DNA of 64,000 nt, from contig JAGORR010000001.1 in assembly GCA_018062765.1 (NCBI GenBank), positions 150,506 to 214,505 on the forward strand, in the 5' to 3' direction. A program made the translations under genes and the position numbers. This document shows positions 26,751 to 37,085 of the stretch, piece after piece. Numbering within the stretch: position 1 is the first letter of the stretch; every line of letters begins with the position of its first letter. The notes beneath the pieces were generated by a model, which saw nothing but the letters and a program-made list of their open reading frames with translations, was not told the origin of the DNA and searched no databases. The stretch comes from Minisyncoccota bacterium (GTDB lineage Bacteria > Patescibacteriota > Minisyncoccia > Phycocordibacterales > Phycocordibacteraceae).

Positions 26751-26790
26751 ACGAAGTGCGAGCGCGGATGCGCTCGCACTTCGTTTTTAT
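26751..26790 (+). terminator. 15-bp stem hairpin ACGAAGTGCGAGCGC-GGAT-GCGCTCGCACTTCGT + TTTTTAT
   Basis: classic intrinsic terminator after the amidase gene. Confidence 0.75.
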
Positions 26791-26901
26791 CCCATAGGTA
26801 TGCGCTCGTTTGTCCACAGTACATTTGTGTGGAGAGCAGACATTGCTTGGTATCGTCTAGAACAAGCAGGGGGCAAACCATTACTCGGTTTCGCCTTACC
26901 A

Positions 26902-29900
26902 ATGTCTACTCTAAAACGTGCGCTCATCGTCCTCGTCTTTGCATTTTGCGTACCCCAAGTATCGTTTGCAGCCTCTCCCTCGATTTCAGAACTCGAGAAG
27001 CTCTTGCGTGATCTGACCGAGCAGATCGAGCAGCTTCTAGCGCAGCGGGGGAATGACCCCGCGGAGATTTCAATGACCTCACCGGAGGACGGTGATTCGT
27101 TCGCATACGGCGACCGCATGAAGGTAAGTTGGCGTGCAGAGAATGTTCCGAAGAAAAGCGAGGTGTGCGTGTCGCTTGTTTCAAACGATGTCGATGGCTC
27201 AAGCAGTCCATTCTCGTCAGGCGACGGCTGCAAGAAGGCAAAGAACGGGACATCATCGGTAACAGGCAAGATCGATGACGACCTCGACTCGGGACTCTAT
27301 GACGTTATCGTCAGCTTAAAGACATGGGGCGGCTGGACGATTACGGGGGACGCGGTCGACGATATTCGCATCGATGACGAGCAGGATTTGGATGAGGACT
27401 ATGAAGAGGACGAAGATCGCGGAGATGACGACGACCTCGAGTACGAACTCGTTTCGCGCACATACGACGAAGGAGATGCGCTCGCCGAAGGTGCAGACAT
27501 AGACGGCATGTACCTCCGCGTAAAGAACGAGGGAAACCGCGACGTCACGATATATCCTGACGACGAGTGCCAGGTGTACTACGAGATTCGTCGCCAAGGT
27601 TCTGATAGCCTCGTCTATTCTTCGCAGGACGAAGATGAATGCGAAACGTATCGCAGCGCATCAGACGGTGCCTCCTACACCATAGAGGATGGTGACGATA
27701 TCGAACTCGATGTATCACACGATGAGGATGATTATCACTTGTCGCTCGGCGTCTATAGATTGATCGGATACCTCGCAGGGTACGGCAGCGACTCCTTCCG
27801 ATTTGAGGTGAAAGATGCGGACGGGTACGGACTTGGCGATCTCGAGATATACGTCGATGGCGACCGTGAAGTAGACCGTGACGATCGAACAAGAAGTGAG
27901 GCTGAGAATGAATGTGATGCAGTTGCGGATGCGAATCCTACCTCCGCCATACGTTGCGAATGGGACGACACGGTCATATATGAACGCGCAGAAGGGGAGG
28001 CGCGCGGGACCTACATCGCGTACAAGGACAACGTCGAATTCGTCCGTACGGAGAACGTGACGCAGGCGGAGGCAATCGCGAGCTGCAAGACGAGCATTAC
28101 CGCTAACCCAGGCAAGAGTTTCAAATGCACCTGGAACGGTGCGACGGTCCATACCGGCATCGTGTACAAGGTGACCGTGTCGAGCCCGAACAGCGGAACC
28201 TACGCGGCAGGCTCACCGATATCGGTAAGCTGGACGAGCCCATCAAGTTTCCCGTCAGACAGTATTCTTTGCGCGACCCTCGTACAGGGAACGAATGAGA
28301 CGGCTGTCGGCTCATGTGTGACAGGCGCGAAGGCGTCCGGAACGATAGCGGGTACAATCTCTTCGAGACTCTCCGGGAGTTATTACGTACGTGTTGCAGT
28401 TGCCTCAAAGAGCGCAACCCTTCTCGCCAGCGACTCGAGCACGAACGCGCTCACTATTACGAAGGCGCAGACGAGCTTGCTTGACCGTGTACTAGGGCGC
28501 CTCATGGCGGGTGTAGGGCAGGTGCTTGGTGCTTCGACCATGACTCTTACGCGCGATCTTACGATAGGATCCTCCGGCGCTGATGTAACGGCACTACAAA
28601 AGTGGCTTTATGCAGAAGGCTACATGACGCAGAAGGATACCGGGTATTTCGACCTAAAGACCCAACTTGGTGTCATGTCAGTCCAGCTAAAGTACAGCAT
28701 CGCGCCTGCTAACGGATTCGTGGGCGTTATCACGCGCGCTAAAATCAATGCGCTTATGGCTGCGACGCCCGCGCCTTCATCAACGAGTCTCTCGTTTGCC
28801 GCTGACGATCCATGGGTGAATGAGGGTCGATTCATACAGGGGGATACGAGTGACCCGACCGTGGACGAAGAGATATTCGCACTTGAGGCGACTGCAGGAC
28901 CAGGAAACGACATCACAGTTGATTCTCTACCCGTGACTTTTTCCCTTACCGGGGTTTCGAAGCTTGCCGACATGTTCTCGTCTCTCCGTCTCCTTGCTGA
29001 CGGCGAAGAAATAACGAGCGTAACGCCGTCGGGTACTTCAAAGACGGTGGTCTTCAAGGATCTCGATCACACTATCGAAGCAGGGGAGCGCACGAGCTTC
29101 TTCATCTTCGCTGACCTTAAGCCGCTTGCAGGGCTGTTCGCCAACGGCGGTACGTTCAGACTAAACTTTGGTGAGACACAGACGGACTCTGCTAGTTTTC
29201 TCGCAACAAACGAAGCAGGCACGAAGCTGACTGACGCACAGATCATGGGTGGAGCTTCAGCAGGAGAATTCGCGGTAAGTGCCGCCGGCATCCTTGCCGA
29301 CTTCATCGCTGCGAGCGAGACAGTGACAGAAGGTTCAGTAGGGGATACGGGCACCTTCACGATTACCTTCGAGGTAACCGCGATAGGCTCTGACGTATAC
29401 ATTCCGAGGTCAGCAAACACGACCGGCACTCCAGGTGTTCTGTATCGAGTCGTGGGTTCATCCGCGGCGAGCGCACAAAAGAGCGCTGTACTCGATAGCT
29501 CAGGCGACTCATCTGGCGCGGATTACATCGTCGACGAAGCGGATAGCGAGGAATTTGATCTGACGGTCATCGTCACCCCAACCGTTACTGGCGAGTATAG
29601 CGTTACTGCAGATAAACTTTTCTATCGCACCACATCTGGTGGAGCGCTTTCAAGTGTTACTCTTGCGGACTTCGAGACCGATGACGTCCTGCTTACGGTA
29701 GGCGGGGGTACACCATCGTGCATCCTCTCAGTATCTGCAACGACGATCGAAGCGGGAAAGAATTTTACGCTTACCTGGACGAGCGAAAACGCAACGAGCG
29801 CATCTCTAAACCTCGGAGTCGGTGCTGTTGCGGTGCGTGGCTCGCGTACCATGTCGCTTACAGAGGAGGGTCCAACCCAGGCCGAGCTTACGGTTACCAA

Positions 29901-30684
29901 TGCAGGAGGCACAAGGGCCACTTGCGAGGCATGGTTCCTGATATCGAAACCAATCAGTGCTGGAGTTGCGTACGAAGCAGCGTCACTAAACGCAACGACA
30001 CCAACGCCAACCATTAAAGGCAGCGCGACCTATGTCGTGAAGAACTTCAAACTTACTGGCACGCGTGCGGACGGCACGAATGCGTTCACCTCGAAGACCG
30101 TGAAGCCGTCGACCGATGGTAAATGGTCGGTAACACTCAAGGCTCTTAGGAACGGAACCTACACACTCGGCGCTGTCGGGACAAACGGAAGCAAAATTGA
30201 AGGCCGTGCAACTCTCGTGGTGAATGCCGAGGTGACGTATCGCGCTGTTCTCGACGGAGTCGTCGCGGATGAGATCAAGGGTCTTACCGAAGAAGAAGCA
30301 CTTGCTCGCTGTAAGGCCACCGCGGACGAGAACAGAGCAAAAAAGATTCACTGCGTATGGGACGGCAAGAAGATATATGAGCGTGGAGGGGCCGCTGCGT
30401 ACGAAATGTATGTCGACGGAGTGCTCAAGGTGTCGATTGCGCTTGCATCAAAGAGTGGAGCAGAGAAAAATTGTAAAGCGCAGGTCACGAAGTATTCCAC
30501 GAAGCCCGTCAAATGTACCTGGAACGGAGAGGTCTTTTATGACGAGCCTGCGATAGGTTCATCGACTGCCTCGACCACCGCAATGTATCGCGCGCCGAGC
30601 CGCCTCATGAGCCTTGTCGCCGGAGTCGGTACGGTGCTTACCGAGATTCCGAAGAACCTGTTGAAAATCTTCAGGTTCCAATAA
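26902..30684 (+). CDS. giant secreted/cell-surface protein (1260 aa): signal peptide, coiled coil, acidic tract, two copies of a 4-Cys repeat domain (C..C.W(D/N)..YER...C...KCTWNG), central peptidoglycan-binding domain
   Basis: ATG at 26902 gives MSTLKRALIVLVFAFCVPQVSFAASP; repeat copies span about 27900-28160 and 30280-30540; PG-binding-like TLTRDLTIGSSGADVTALQKWLYAEGY. Confidence 0.78.
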   Translation: MSTLKRALIVLVFAFCVPQVSFAASPSISELEKLLRDLTEQIEQLLAQRGNDPAEISMTSPEDGDSFAYGDRMKVSWRAENVPKKSEVCVSLVSNDVDGSSSPFSSGDGCKKAKNGTSSVTGKIDDDLDSGLYDVIVSLKTWGGWTITGDAVDDIRIDDEQDLDEDYEEDEDRGDDDDLEYELVSRTYDEGDALAEGADIDGMYLRVKNEGNRDVTIYPDDECQVYYEIRRQGSDSLVYSSQDEDECETYRSASDGASYTIEDGDDIELDVSHDEDDYHLSLGVYRLIGYLAGYGSDSFRFEVKDADGYGLGDLEIYVDGDREVDRDDRTRSEAENECDAVADANPTSAIRCEWDDTVIYERAEGEARGTYIAYKDNVEFVRTENVTQAEAIASCKTSITANPGKSFKCTWNGATVHTGIVYKVTVSSPNSGTYAAGSPISVSWTSPSSFPSDSILCATLVQGTNETAVGSCVTGAKASGTIAGTISSRLSGSYYVRVAVASKSATLLASDSSTNALTITKAQTSLLDRVLGRLMAGVGQVLGASTMTLTRDLTIGSSGADVTALQKWLYAEGYMTQKDTGYFDLKTQLGVMSVQLKYSIAPANGFVGVITRAKINALMAATPAPSSTSLSFAADDPWVNEGRFIQGDTSDPTVDEEIFALEATAGPGNDITVDSLPVTFSLTGVSKLADMFSSLRLLADGEEITSVTPSGTSKTVVFKDLDHTIEAGERTSFFIFADLKPLAGLFANGGTFRLNFGETQTDSASFLATNEAGTKLTDAQIMGGASAGEFAVSAAGILADFIAASETVTEGSVGDTGTFTITFEVTAIGSDVYIPRSANTTGTPGVLYRVVGSSAASAQKSAVLDSSGDSSGADYIVDEADSEEFDLTVIVTPTVTGEYSVTADKLFYRTTSGGALSSVTLADFETDDVLLTVGGGTPSCILSVSATTIEAGKNFTLTWTSENATSASLNLGVGAVAVRGSRTMSLTEEGPTQAELTVTNAGGTRATCEAWFLISKPISAGVAYEAASLNATTPTPTIKGSATYVVKNFKLTGTRADGTNAFTSKTVKPSTDGKWSVTLKALRNGTYTLGAVGTNGSKIEGRATLVVNAEVTYRAVLDGVVADEIKGLTEEEALARCKATADENRAKKIHCVWDGKKIYERGGAAAYEMYVDGVLKVSIALASKSGAEKNCKAQVTKYSTKPVKCTWNGEVFYDEPAIGSSTASTTAMYRAPSRLMSLVAGVGTVLTEIPKNLLKIFRFQ

Positions 30685-30703
30685 TCTCCGGCAGGTAGAA
30701 GAG

Positions 30704-30729
30704 AAAAGCCGTCCCCAGGGGCGGCTTTT
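30704..30729 (+). terminator. hairpin AAAAGCCG...CGGCTTTT after the giant gene
   Basis: inverted repeat with T-run. Confidence 0.55.
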
Positions 30730-30751
30730 CCCTGTTTGGTACTATGGCCGG

Positions 30752-31888
30752 ATGAAAGCAGAAAAGAAACGGATACTCGCGGCCTATAAGAAGCAAGGCA
30801 GTCGCATAGAAACAAAAGCGAGGACGCGGCTTAAGGATCGGAAGGATTTTTCGCTGTGGTACACGCCGGGAGTGGGCGTGGCAGCGACACATTTAGCCGA
30901 GCATCCGTCTGATGCGCGCTCGATGAGTGTGAAAAGAAATTCCATCGCGATTGTCTCTGATGGTACGGCAGTGCTTGGGCTAGGTGACATTGGTCCCTAT
31001 GGAGCTCTGCCGGTCATGGAAGGTAAGGCACTCATATTTCGAGAGATGGCCGGGATAGATGCGTGGCCATTGGTTCTTGATACCAAGGACCCAGATGAGA
31101 TTGTCAGAATTGTAAAGGCGATAGCTCCTGGCTTCGGAGGAATCAATCTTGAAGATATCTCTGCGCCACGTTGTTTTGACATCGAGAGAAGGTTGCAGGA
31201 TGAACTTTCGATACCGGTGATGCACGACGATCAGCACGGCACCGCGGTCGTGGTTCTTGCCGGCCTCATGAACGCGGCGAAGGTGGTGAAGAAAGATTTG
31301 AAGAAGCTCAAGGTCGTCATCTCAGGCGCTGGGGCCGCCGGTGTCGCGATCGCAAAGCTCTTGCTTGCTTCCGGAGTGAAAGACCTCATCGTGCTCGACC
31401 GGGCAGGAACCATTCACGCTGGCCGACCGGACCTTCCGGAGCAGAAGCAGGAACTCGCAACTCACACCAATCCTCGAGGAGTAGTAGGCGGACTCGCTGA
31501 AGCGCTTACCGGTGCGGACGTGATAGTTGGCGTATCTGGTCCAGGACTTATGACCGCTCATGACGTAAGAATCATGGCGGATGATCCTATCGTGTTCGCG
31601 CTCGCGAATCCTGTTCCAGAGATTCTTCCGGAAGAAGCGAAAAAGGGCGGTGCAAAAGTTATCGCAACTGGTCGGTCTGATTTTCCAAATCAGCTTAATA
31701 ACGCACTGGTGTATCCGGGAATATTCAGAGGCGCTCTCGACAAGGGGGTTACAAAAATTACGGAAGAAACAAAGGTGCGTGCAGCTCGGGCACTCGCGGC
31801 GCTCGTCGCAAAACCTTCCGCAGAGAAAATCATTCCAGGACTCCTTGATAAACGTGTAGTGAAAGCGGTTGCGCGCTCGGTGCGATAA
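30752..31888 (+). CDS. NAD(P)-dependent malic enzyme (short form)
   Basis: FSLWYTPGV, DGTAVLGLGDIGP, PVMEGKA and GAGAAG motifs. Confidence 0.9.
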   Translation: MKAEKKRILAAYKKQGSRIETKARTRLKDRKDFSLWYTPGVGVAATHLAEHPSDARSMSVKRNSIAIVSDGTAVLGLGDIGPYGALPVMEGKALIFREMAGIDAWPLVLDTKDPDEIVRIVKAIAPGFGGINLEDISAPRCFDIERRLQDELSIPVMHDDQHGTAVVVLAGLMNAAKVVKKDLKKLKVVISGAGAAGVAIAKLLLASGVKDLIVLDRAGTIHAGRPDLPEQKQELATHTNPRGVVGGLAEALTGADVIVGVSGPGLMTAHDVRIMADDPIVFALANPVPEILPEEAKKGGAKVIATGRSDFPNQLNNALVYPGIFRGALDKGVTKITEETKVRAARALAALVAKPSAEKIIPGLLDKRVVKAVARSVR

Positions 31889-31895
31889 TGGATGC

Positions 31896-32318
31896 ATGAA
31901 GCGAAGCGCGCCATCGAGTCTCTACCAGTTCTTCATCACGCTGCCGGACCGGTTCTATCCCTTTCGAACAGAGGTAGAAGGACGCTGGGTACGAGGTCTT
32001 CGTGCCTACGAGAAGGCGGTGGCTCGTCACGAGCGAAAGTATGGGCACGGTCACATCGGCTACGGACTGAATTGCTACCGAAGCTGCTTTCATGTGCTCG
32101 GCTCGATTGTCCTTATCGTCATTGCCACCTTTGTCGCGAAGAACTACTTCGGAAGTGATGCTGCGCTCTATATCCTGCTTGCGCTCGTTGTTGTAGGCAT
32201 GGCATTCCAAGAGTTCTATCTACATCCGAAGCGATACCGGCAGCTCCGCAAAAAGGGAGTGCTCGATTGGCTTTCGTGGACGGTGCCTATCGGGGTGTAT
32301 CTTTACTTCTTTATATAA
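31896..32318 (+). CDS. hypothetical membrane protein
   Basis: 140 aa from the ATG at 31896; three hydrophobic segments. Confidence 0.45.
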   Translation: MKRSAPSSLYQFFITLPDRFYPFRTEVEGRWVRGLRAYEKAVARHERKYGHGHIGYGLNCYRSCFHVLGSIVLIVIATFVAKNYFGSDAALYILLALVVVGMAFQEFYLHPKRYRQLRKKGVLDWLSWTVPIGVYLYFFI

Positions 32319-32350
32319 AAGCGAGCCGCGTCATAGACGCGGCTCGAAAG

Positions 32351-33505
32351 TTAATGGGCGGCCATGAGCCCGGCAAGAACGGATTCGGGACCCACAAGTC
32401 CGGGGAACGCTTCGTCGCCTACGATTACCGTGCGGGGAGCCCGGCATGGAGGCTTGAATCGGTAGAACCCTGGACGGTTGGTGGGCGTAAGCCTACGGTG
32501 CACCCACGTGAGTGACTCGTCTGCGAATTTCTCACCGACCCGATTCCCCGTGAGGTAGGGCGCGATGCGTGAGCCGCCAGCAAGCATAAAGGTGCTATCG
32601 GCGCTGTCTCCTGCGTAGAGCCCACTTTCCAGGTCTGTGAGCGTGTCACCTGCAACAAAAACGCGAAGCGAGTGCGCCTTAACGCCGGACGCGCTGGAGA
32701 TCTCTCGGATGATGTGCTCGATCGCTTGGTGCTTGCGCGCCTTGCGCGGCATGAGATAGATCACGTACCTGCCTTTATCCGGGTGGCTCTCATCGACTAT
32801 CGTCATCGATGTAAGTACATCAAGGCGAAGGTCGTGAGAAACCATTGCTTTCGGGATGATACCGCTCCTCATCATGTCTCTGAGCTCAAGAAGCGCGTAG
32901 CGCACTCGACGCATCTCGGAAAACGCATGCAACCCTTTGAATTCGAGCTGTATGCGATAAGGAAGCGGTTCGACATCCGTAACGCCCTCACGGTAGTTCT
33001 TCGTGGACTCGATGGGCGCTCGGTATTTCCATGCATCGATGGCGCGCAGTATCGAGCGTGCATGGAGTCGCCACTCACGCATCGCCGGAACATAGACTTC
33101 GTCTTCCCGGTATCCGCACTCATGCCGCACGTGGATACCGACGCCGAAGCTGTTGATGATGTCCGGATCGCGCAGATGCTTGAAGAATGGATGATCGTCG
33201 TCAGGGATGGTCATGCACCGTCCTGATGCATCCAAGCCCCATTTCTGGGCCCCGCGCTCAAAGCCCTGAGCACTCGAGAGCGCGAACGACTTGGCGGTCA
33301 TGACCATCTCGGTGGTGCGCGCGGTCGATATGACCGTGACCCCGGTTTCCTTGGCGTAGGCTCTCACGGCACTTCGGGCAGCGAGCTCGCTTTCCGTTGC
33401 CTCGTTCCTGCCGTTTATCATCGTGCCGTCAACGTCGAGCACCGTTATGGTTGCGCCCGGTACGAGATTCCGGACCGCTTCGGATCCGGTATATACGCTA
33501 TGCAT
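32351..33505 (-). CDS. HAD-superfamily (IIB-like) hydrolase with a large cap domain
   Basis: motif I VLDVDGTM, motif IV VFVAGDTLTDLE; 384 aa. Confidence 0.72.
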   Translation of the reverse strand: MHSVYTGSEAVRNLVPGATITVLDVDGTMINGRNEATESELAARSAVRAYAKETGVTVISTARTTEMVMTAKSFALSSAQGFERGAQKWGLDASGRCMTIPDDDHPFFKHLRDPDIINSFGVGIHVRHECGYREDEVYVPAMREWRLHARSILRAIDAWKYRAPIESTKNYREGVTDVEPLPYRIQLEFKGLHAFSEMRRVRYALLELRDMMRSGIIPKAMVSHDLRLDVLTSMTIVDESHPDKGRYVIYLMPRKARKHQAIEHIIREISSASGVKAHSLRVFVAGDTLTDLESGLYAGDSADSTFMLAGGSRIAPYLTGNRVGEKFADESLTWVHRRLTPTNRPGFYRFKPPCRAPRTVIVGDEAFPGLVGPESVLAGLMAAH

Positions 33506-33692
33506 CTGGTCCCCCTAGGACAGTGGTGAAGTAAGGTACAGCCGGACTGCACTCTATATATAGGAGGGTGAGGGATTTATGAAGAGGGCTGGGGGAGGGA
33601 TTCGGCCAAGAACATTTTGACTTGCCGTCGCTCCGACTTTCGAATCCTGGATTCGGTCACAGATAATTTCCTCGTCGCCACTCGGAAATTTC

Positions 33693-33709
33693 CGCGACCC
33701 CGCCTCGCG
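33693..33709. repeat. 17-mer hairpin motif CGCGACCCCGCCTCGCG (second copy; first at 21681-21697)
   Basis: exact 17-nt match between the two tRNA-adjacent regions. Confidence 0.6.
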
Positions 33710-33836
33710 GTTTTGCCTGCTGGCAAAACATCGCTCTGGCTTTCGAATCCCTCCCGTCTCGCTTGCGCGAGACCGCCGCGTTCCGCGGCGCCTCCGCAAA
33801 TGAAAAAGACTGCCGCAGGGCAGTCACTTTCATTTG

Positions 33837-33927
33837 CGGAGGGGGAGGGATTCGAACCCTCGATACGGGTATTAAACCGTATAGCGGATTAGCAATCCAC
33901 CGCTTTCAGCCGCTCAGCCACCCCTCC
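33837..33927 (-). tRNA. tRNA-Ser (anticodon GCU), long variable arm
   Basis: GGAGGGG-UG-GCU-GAGCGGCUGAA-AGC-G-GUGGA-UUGCUAA-UCCGC-(21-nt variable arm)-GAGGG-UUCGAAU-CCCUC-CCCCUCC-G. Confidence 0.85.
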
Positions 33928-33935
33928 CGTGTCGG

Positions 33936-34307
33936 TCATCCTAGCTTAGGTTCCGCTCTTTTCCAATGCAGGAGCGCAAGCGCTATAGCAATACCGGCGA
34001 TTGAGAGATCGCGGAACAATACCTCGAATTGCACGGGGTTGGTAACGACGATGAATACGAGGATAAGCGCCGAGAGGGCAGCCGGCACCGCGATGCGACG
34101 CCCCGAGAGAAGCCAGAACGCAAGCACTATCTCTACAGCACCAAACAGGTGCAAGAGTACCTCGTTTGAGAAGGGCCAGAGCGCTGCCGCGAGCGCCGGG
34201 ATGTACCCGAGCCATGACAAGGGCTCAAACCATGCATGTACCGCAGGGTAGAGCAGAGAGAATGCGAGCGCGAGCCGGAGGACGAAATCTGCGTGCCGAA
34301 GAGCCAT
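33936..34307 (-). CDS. DoxX-like small membrane protein (hypothetical)
   Basis: 123 aa, four TM segments. Confidence 0.45.
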   Translation of the reverse strand: MALRHADFVLRLALAFSLLYPAVHAWFEPLSWLGYIPALAAALWPFSNEVLLHLFGAVEIVLAFWLLSGRRIAVPAALSALILVFIVVTNPVQFEVLFRDLSIAGIAIALALLHWKRAEPKLG

Positions 34308-34500
34308 ACCAATACTGATTGAGACTATCCTAGCACTCCCTCATGAAGGATTGCTGTGCCCGGTTAGTACAAAACAGCATAATGTCCTCGCTTCGGACAT
34401 TCTTGATGACCAAGCGTTCGTTCCTATATTGCGTATTTAGTAGGAAATGTACGACTGACATAGGAAGCAATGCAGTTTTGTCCTACCGGGTGTGGAAACA

Positions 34501-35118
34501 TTACGCGTATGCGAGCGCGATAGGGTAGAGGTGCACCGCGCCCGCGCGCTTTAAGGAGAGTATCGCTTCCCGCATCGTTGTTCCGGTAGTGATGACATCA
34601 TCGAGGACAACGTAATGGATAGCAGGATCACACGTTTGTGAAAGGAATGCGCCGCGCAGATTCCTAAGCCGCTCCTTTCGTCCCAGTCTGGCCTGGTGTT
34701 CAGACTCGCTTTGTCGAGTGAGTAGTTTGGTCTCGAGGGAAAAGCGTGCGTCTCGTCGTTTGTGGAGTGCTTCGCGCGCAATGCGCTCGCACTGATTGAA
34801 TCCGCGCTCCTTAAGCCTTCGAGTGGAAAGCGGGATGGGTATGATGACGGCGCCAGGGAGTGTCTTCTCAAGATGTTCAGATACGAGCGCGCCTAAGAGC
34901 GCTTGCGCACGTTCGTCGCCGCGGTACTTCGCAGAGCGAACAAGCGCGGCGACTGTCGGATGCTTAAAAGGAAGGAGTGCCGAGGTTAGCGGATCAGTCG
35001 CAGGAAGTTGCTTCGTATCCAGGAGCGTCCGCAGCATTTCCGGAGTCGCCGAAGCTGCAAGCATAGCGTCGGAGGTCCTTGGGAATAGGAAATCGAGTAC
35101 AAGCGAGAGGAGTCGCAT
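34501..35118 (-). CDS. comF: ComF-family competence protein (phosphoribosyltransferase domain)
   Basis: GFNQ...R..N..GAF and VVLDDVITTGTT PRTase motif. Confidence 0.78.
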   Translation of the reverse strand: MRLLSLVLDFLFPRTSDAMLAASATPEMLRTLLDTKQLPATDPLTSALLPFKHPTVAALVRSAKYRGDERAQALLGALVSEHLEKTLPGAVIIPIPLSTRRLKERGFNQCERIAREALHKRRDARFSLETKLLTRQSESEHQARLGRKERLRNLRGAFLSQTCDPAIHYVVLDDVITTGTTMREAILSLKRAGAVHLYPIALAYA

Positions 35119-35186
35119 GGCATTAGTATCAGGTGCTTTTCACGCTCATGCGGCACAAGCTGCGTGGTATTGGGTATAATGGCGGC

Positions 35187-36299
35187 ATGGGTCTCTTTGA
35201 TTCGCTCTTCAGCGGCTTTTCCAAGAAAAAAAGCCGAAGCGTACTCGGCGTCGACATCGGGTCGTCGTCCTTGAAGGTCGTGCAACTCAGGAAGGATGGA
35301 GGCGCTGCCATACTTGAAACGTATGGAGAGCTCGCGCTCGGGCCCTACGGAGGCAAGGAGGTTGGTCAGGCGACGAATCTCCCTGCGGCAAAAGTTGTAG
35401 AGACGCTCACGGATCTCATGCGGGAAGCAAATGTCACTACAGCGGACTCCGGAGTCTCAATACCGTTCTCTCGGACCTTGATTACGCTTGTCGAGCTGCC
35501 GCGTCGGGAAAGTCCCGAGGAGCAGAAAACCGTTATCGAGCTTGAGGCCCGGAAGTACATTCCGGTTCCGTTCACAGAAGTTCAACTCGACTGGTTCATG
35601 GTGCCAAGCGCGTCGACCGCAGTACCCGGTCAGACGACAGTGCCCACCCAAGGTGAGAAGGTGAAGGTGCTTCTCGTTGCTGTGCACAACGACATGCTTT
35701 CACTACTTGAGGGAGTGGTGCGAGGCGCACAGCTTGCAGCCTCTTTCTATGAGATAGAGATTTTCAGTACGATACGTTCCGTCGTCGATGAGCCGGTGAA
35801 GCCAGTCATGGTGCTCGATATAGGGGCTTCTGCGACCAAGGTGTATGTAGTCGAGCATGGTGTCGTCGCGCTTTCTCATACGATTCCGTCGGGCGGCCAG
35901 GACGTAACGCGCGCGATTTCATCGGCACACGGACTCTCCATCGACCAAGCAGAGAGTCTAAAGAAGGAACATGGATTCCGCGGAACGCCCACAAAGGGAT
36001 ATGAACGCAAGACCGTCGAGCTCGTGTTCTCGCGCATATTCGATGAAGCGCGACGTGTCCTCTCGCAGTTCGAGACCGCAAACCAGAAAGCTGTTTCATC
36101 GATTGTGCTTACCGGTGGTGGGGGAGTTACCAAAGAACTCGCCGAATTCGCCAAGACCGTATTCCAGGTTCCGGTTGCGCTTGCTGATCCATTCGGAAAA
36201 ACCGAGGCGCCTGCCTTCATGCGTCCGGTTCTCGAGGAAATTGGTCCTGAATTCGCCGTCGCGGTCGGCCTCGCTTTGCGCAAACTTGAAGAGTTCTGA
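35187..36299 (+). CDS. pilM: type IV pilus assembly protein PilM
   Basis: actin-like ATPase fold; GVDIGSSSLKVVQL; ATG at 35187. Confidence 0.85.
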   Translation: MGLFDSLFSGFSKKKSRSVLGVDIGSSSLKVVQLRKDGGAAILETYGELALGPYGGKEVGQATNLPAAKVVETLTDLMREANVTTADSGVSIPFSRTLITLVELPRRESPEEQKTVIELEARKYIPVPFTEVQLDWFMVPSASTAVPGQTTVPTQGEKVKVLLVAVHNDMLSLLEGVVRGAQLAASFYEIEIFSTIRSVVDEPVKPVMVLDIGASATKVYVVEHGVVALSHTIPSGGQDVTRAISSAHGLSIDQAESLKKEHGFRGTPTKGYERKTVELVFSRIFDEARRVLSQFETANQKAVSSIVLTGGGGVTKELAEFAKTVFQVPVALADPFGKTEAPAFMRPVLEEIGPEFAVAVGLALRKLEEF

Positions 36300-36356
36300 A
36301 GCGGCGCTGTGCATAACTCCACTATCGTAAGCAATTAAGCGGCTATACTGACTCTC

Positions 36357-37085
36357 GTGGCCGTTCCTCCAACAATCCCCACATCATTCGTGCCGAAGCA
36401 GCCGGTAGAGATGCATCCGCGTCATACCGAGTCGAGCGGCAACATGTTCCTCGTCATCGGGTTCGTCGTTATTGGCGTTGCCCTCCTCGCGTCAGCAGGC
36501 GTATTTGGATACGAGTCGTATCTCACGAACCAGCGCCAGGTACGCGCCGATGAGCTTCAGGTATACGAGAAGCGCGCTGATAACGAGGACAAGGAAACGC
36601 TCGATAATCTCGTTCGACTCGAGAATCGCCTCCTTGCCGCTGATACCATTTTGAACGCACATACGATGCCATCAGGACTCTTCCGCGAGCTTGAGATGGA
36701 AACGCTTGAGAATGTCCGGTTCCTCACCTTCGAGTACGGATTTGGTGATGATGGCGAAATAGAGCTGCGCATGACCGGTGAAGCCCGCACCTTTAACGCG
36801 CTTGCGGCGCAGTCCGAAGCATTCGCTGATGACCTCAGCAGCATCCATCGCGCGATATTCTCAGGCATAAGCACTAACGAAGAAGGAGTTGTCCAATTCG
36901 AGCTTACCGCCATCGTTAATCCGGACCTCGTCACCATCACTCGTACCGTTCCTGACGCGTGGCTCGCGAATCCGGCGCCCGCAGACGCGCCAGAAACTGA
37001 CGTCATGCTCGAGGCCGAGCTCATCGAAGGAGAGTCGGTCGATGAGTCGATTCTTGACGAAGAAGTCCCACCAATAACACCATGA
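36357..37085 (+). CDS. pilN: type IV pilus assembly protein PilN-like (bitopic)
   Basis: single TM FLVIGFVVIGVALLASAGVFGY then coiled-coil periplasmic domain; start uncertain (GTG at 36357, ATG at 36408 or 36441). Confidence 0.68.
   Translation: MAVPPTIPTSFVPKQPVEMHPRHTESSGNMFLVIGFVVIGVALLASAGVFGYESYLTNQRQVRADELQVYEKRADNEDKETLDNLVRLENRLLAADTILNAHTMPSGLFRELEMETLENVRFLTFEYGFGDDGEIELRMTGEARTFNALAAQSEAFADDLSSIHRAIFSGISTNEEGVVQFELTAIVNPDLVTITRTVPDAWLANPAPADAPETDVMLEAELIEGESVDESILDEEVPPITP

Noticed and set aside
33554-33892. ORFs 33554..33799 (-), 33617..33892 (+), 33763..34251 (+) around tRNA-Ser
   Set aside because: They overlap the tRNA-Ser gene, its terminator hairpin and the repeat/scar region; no coding signal
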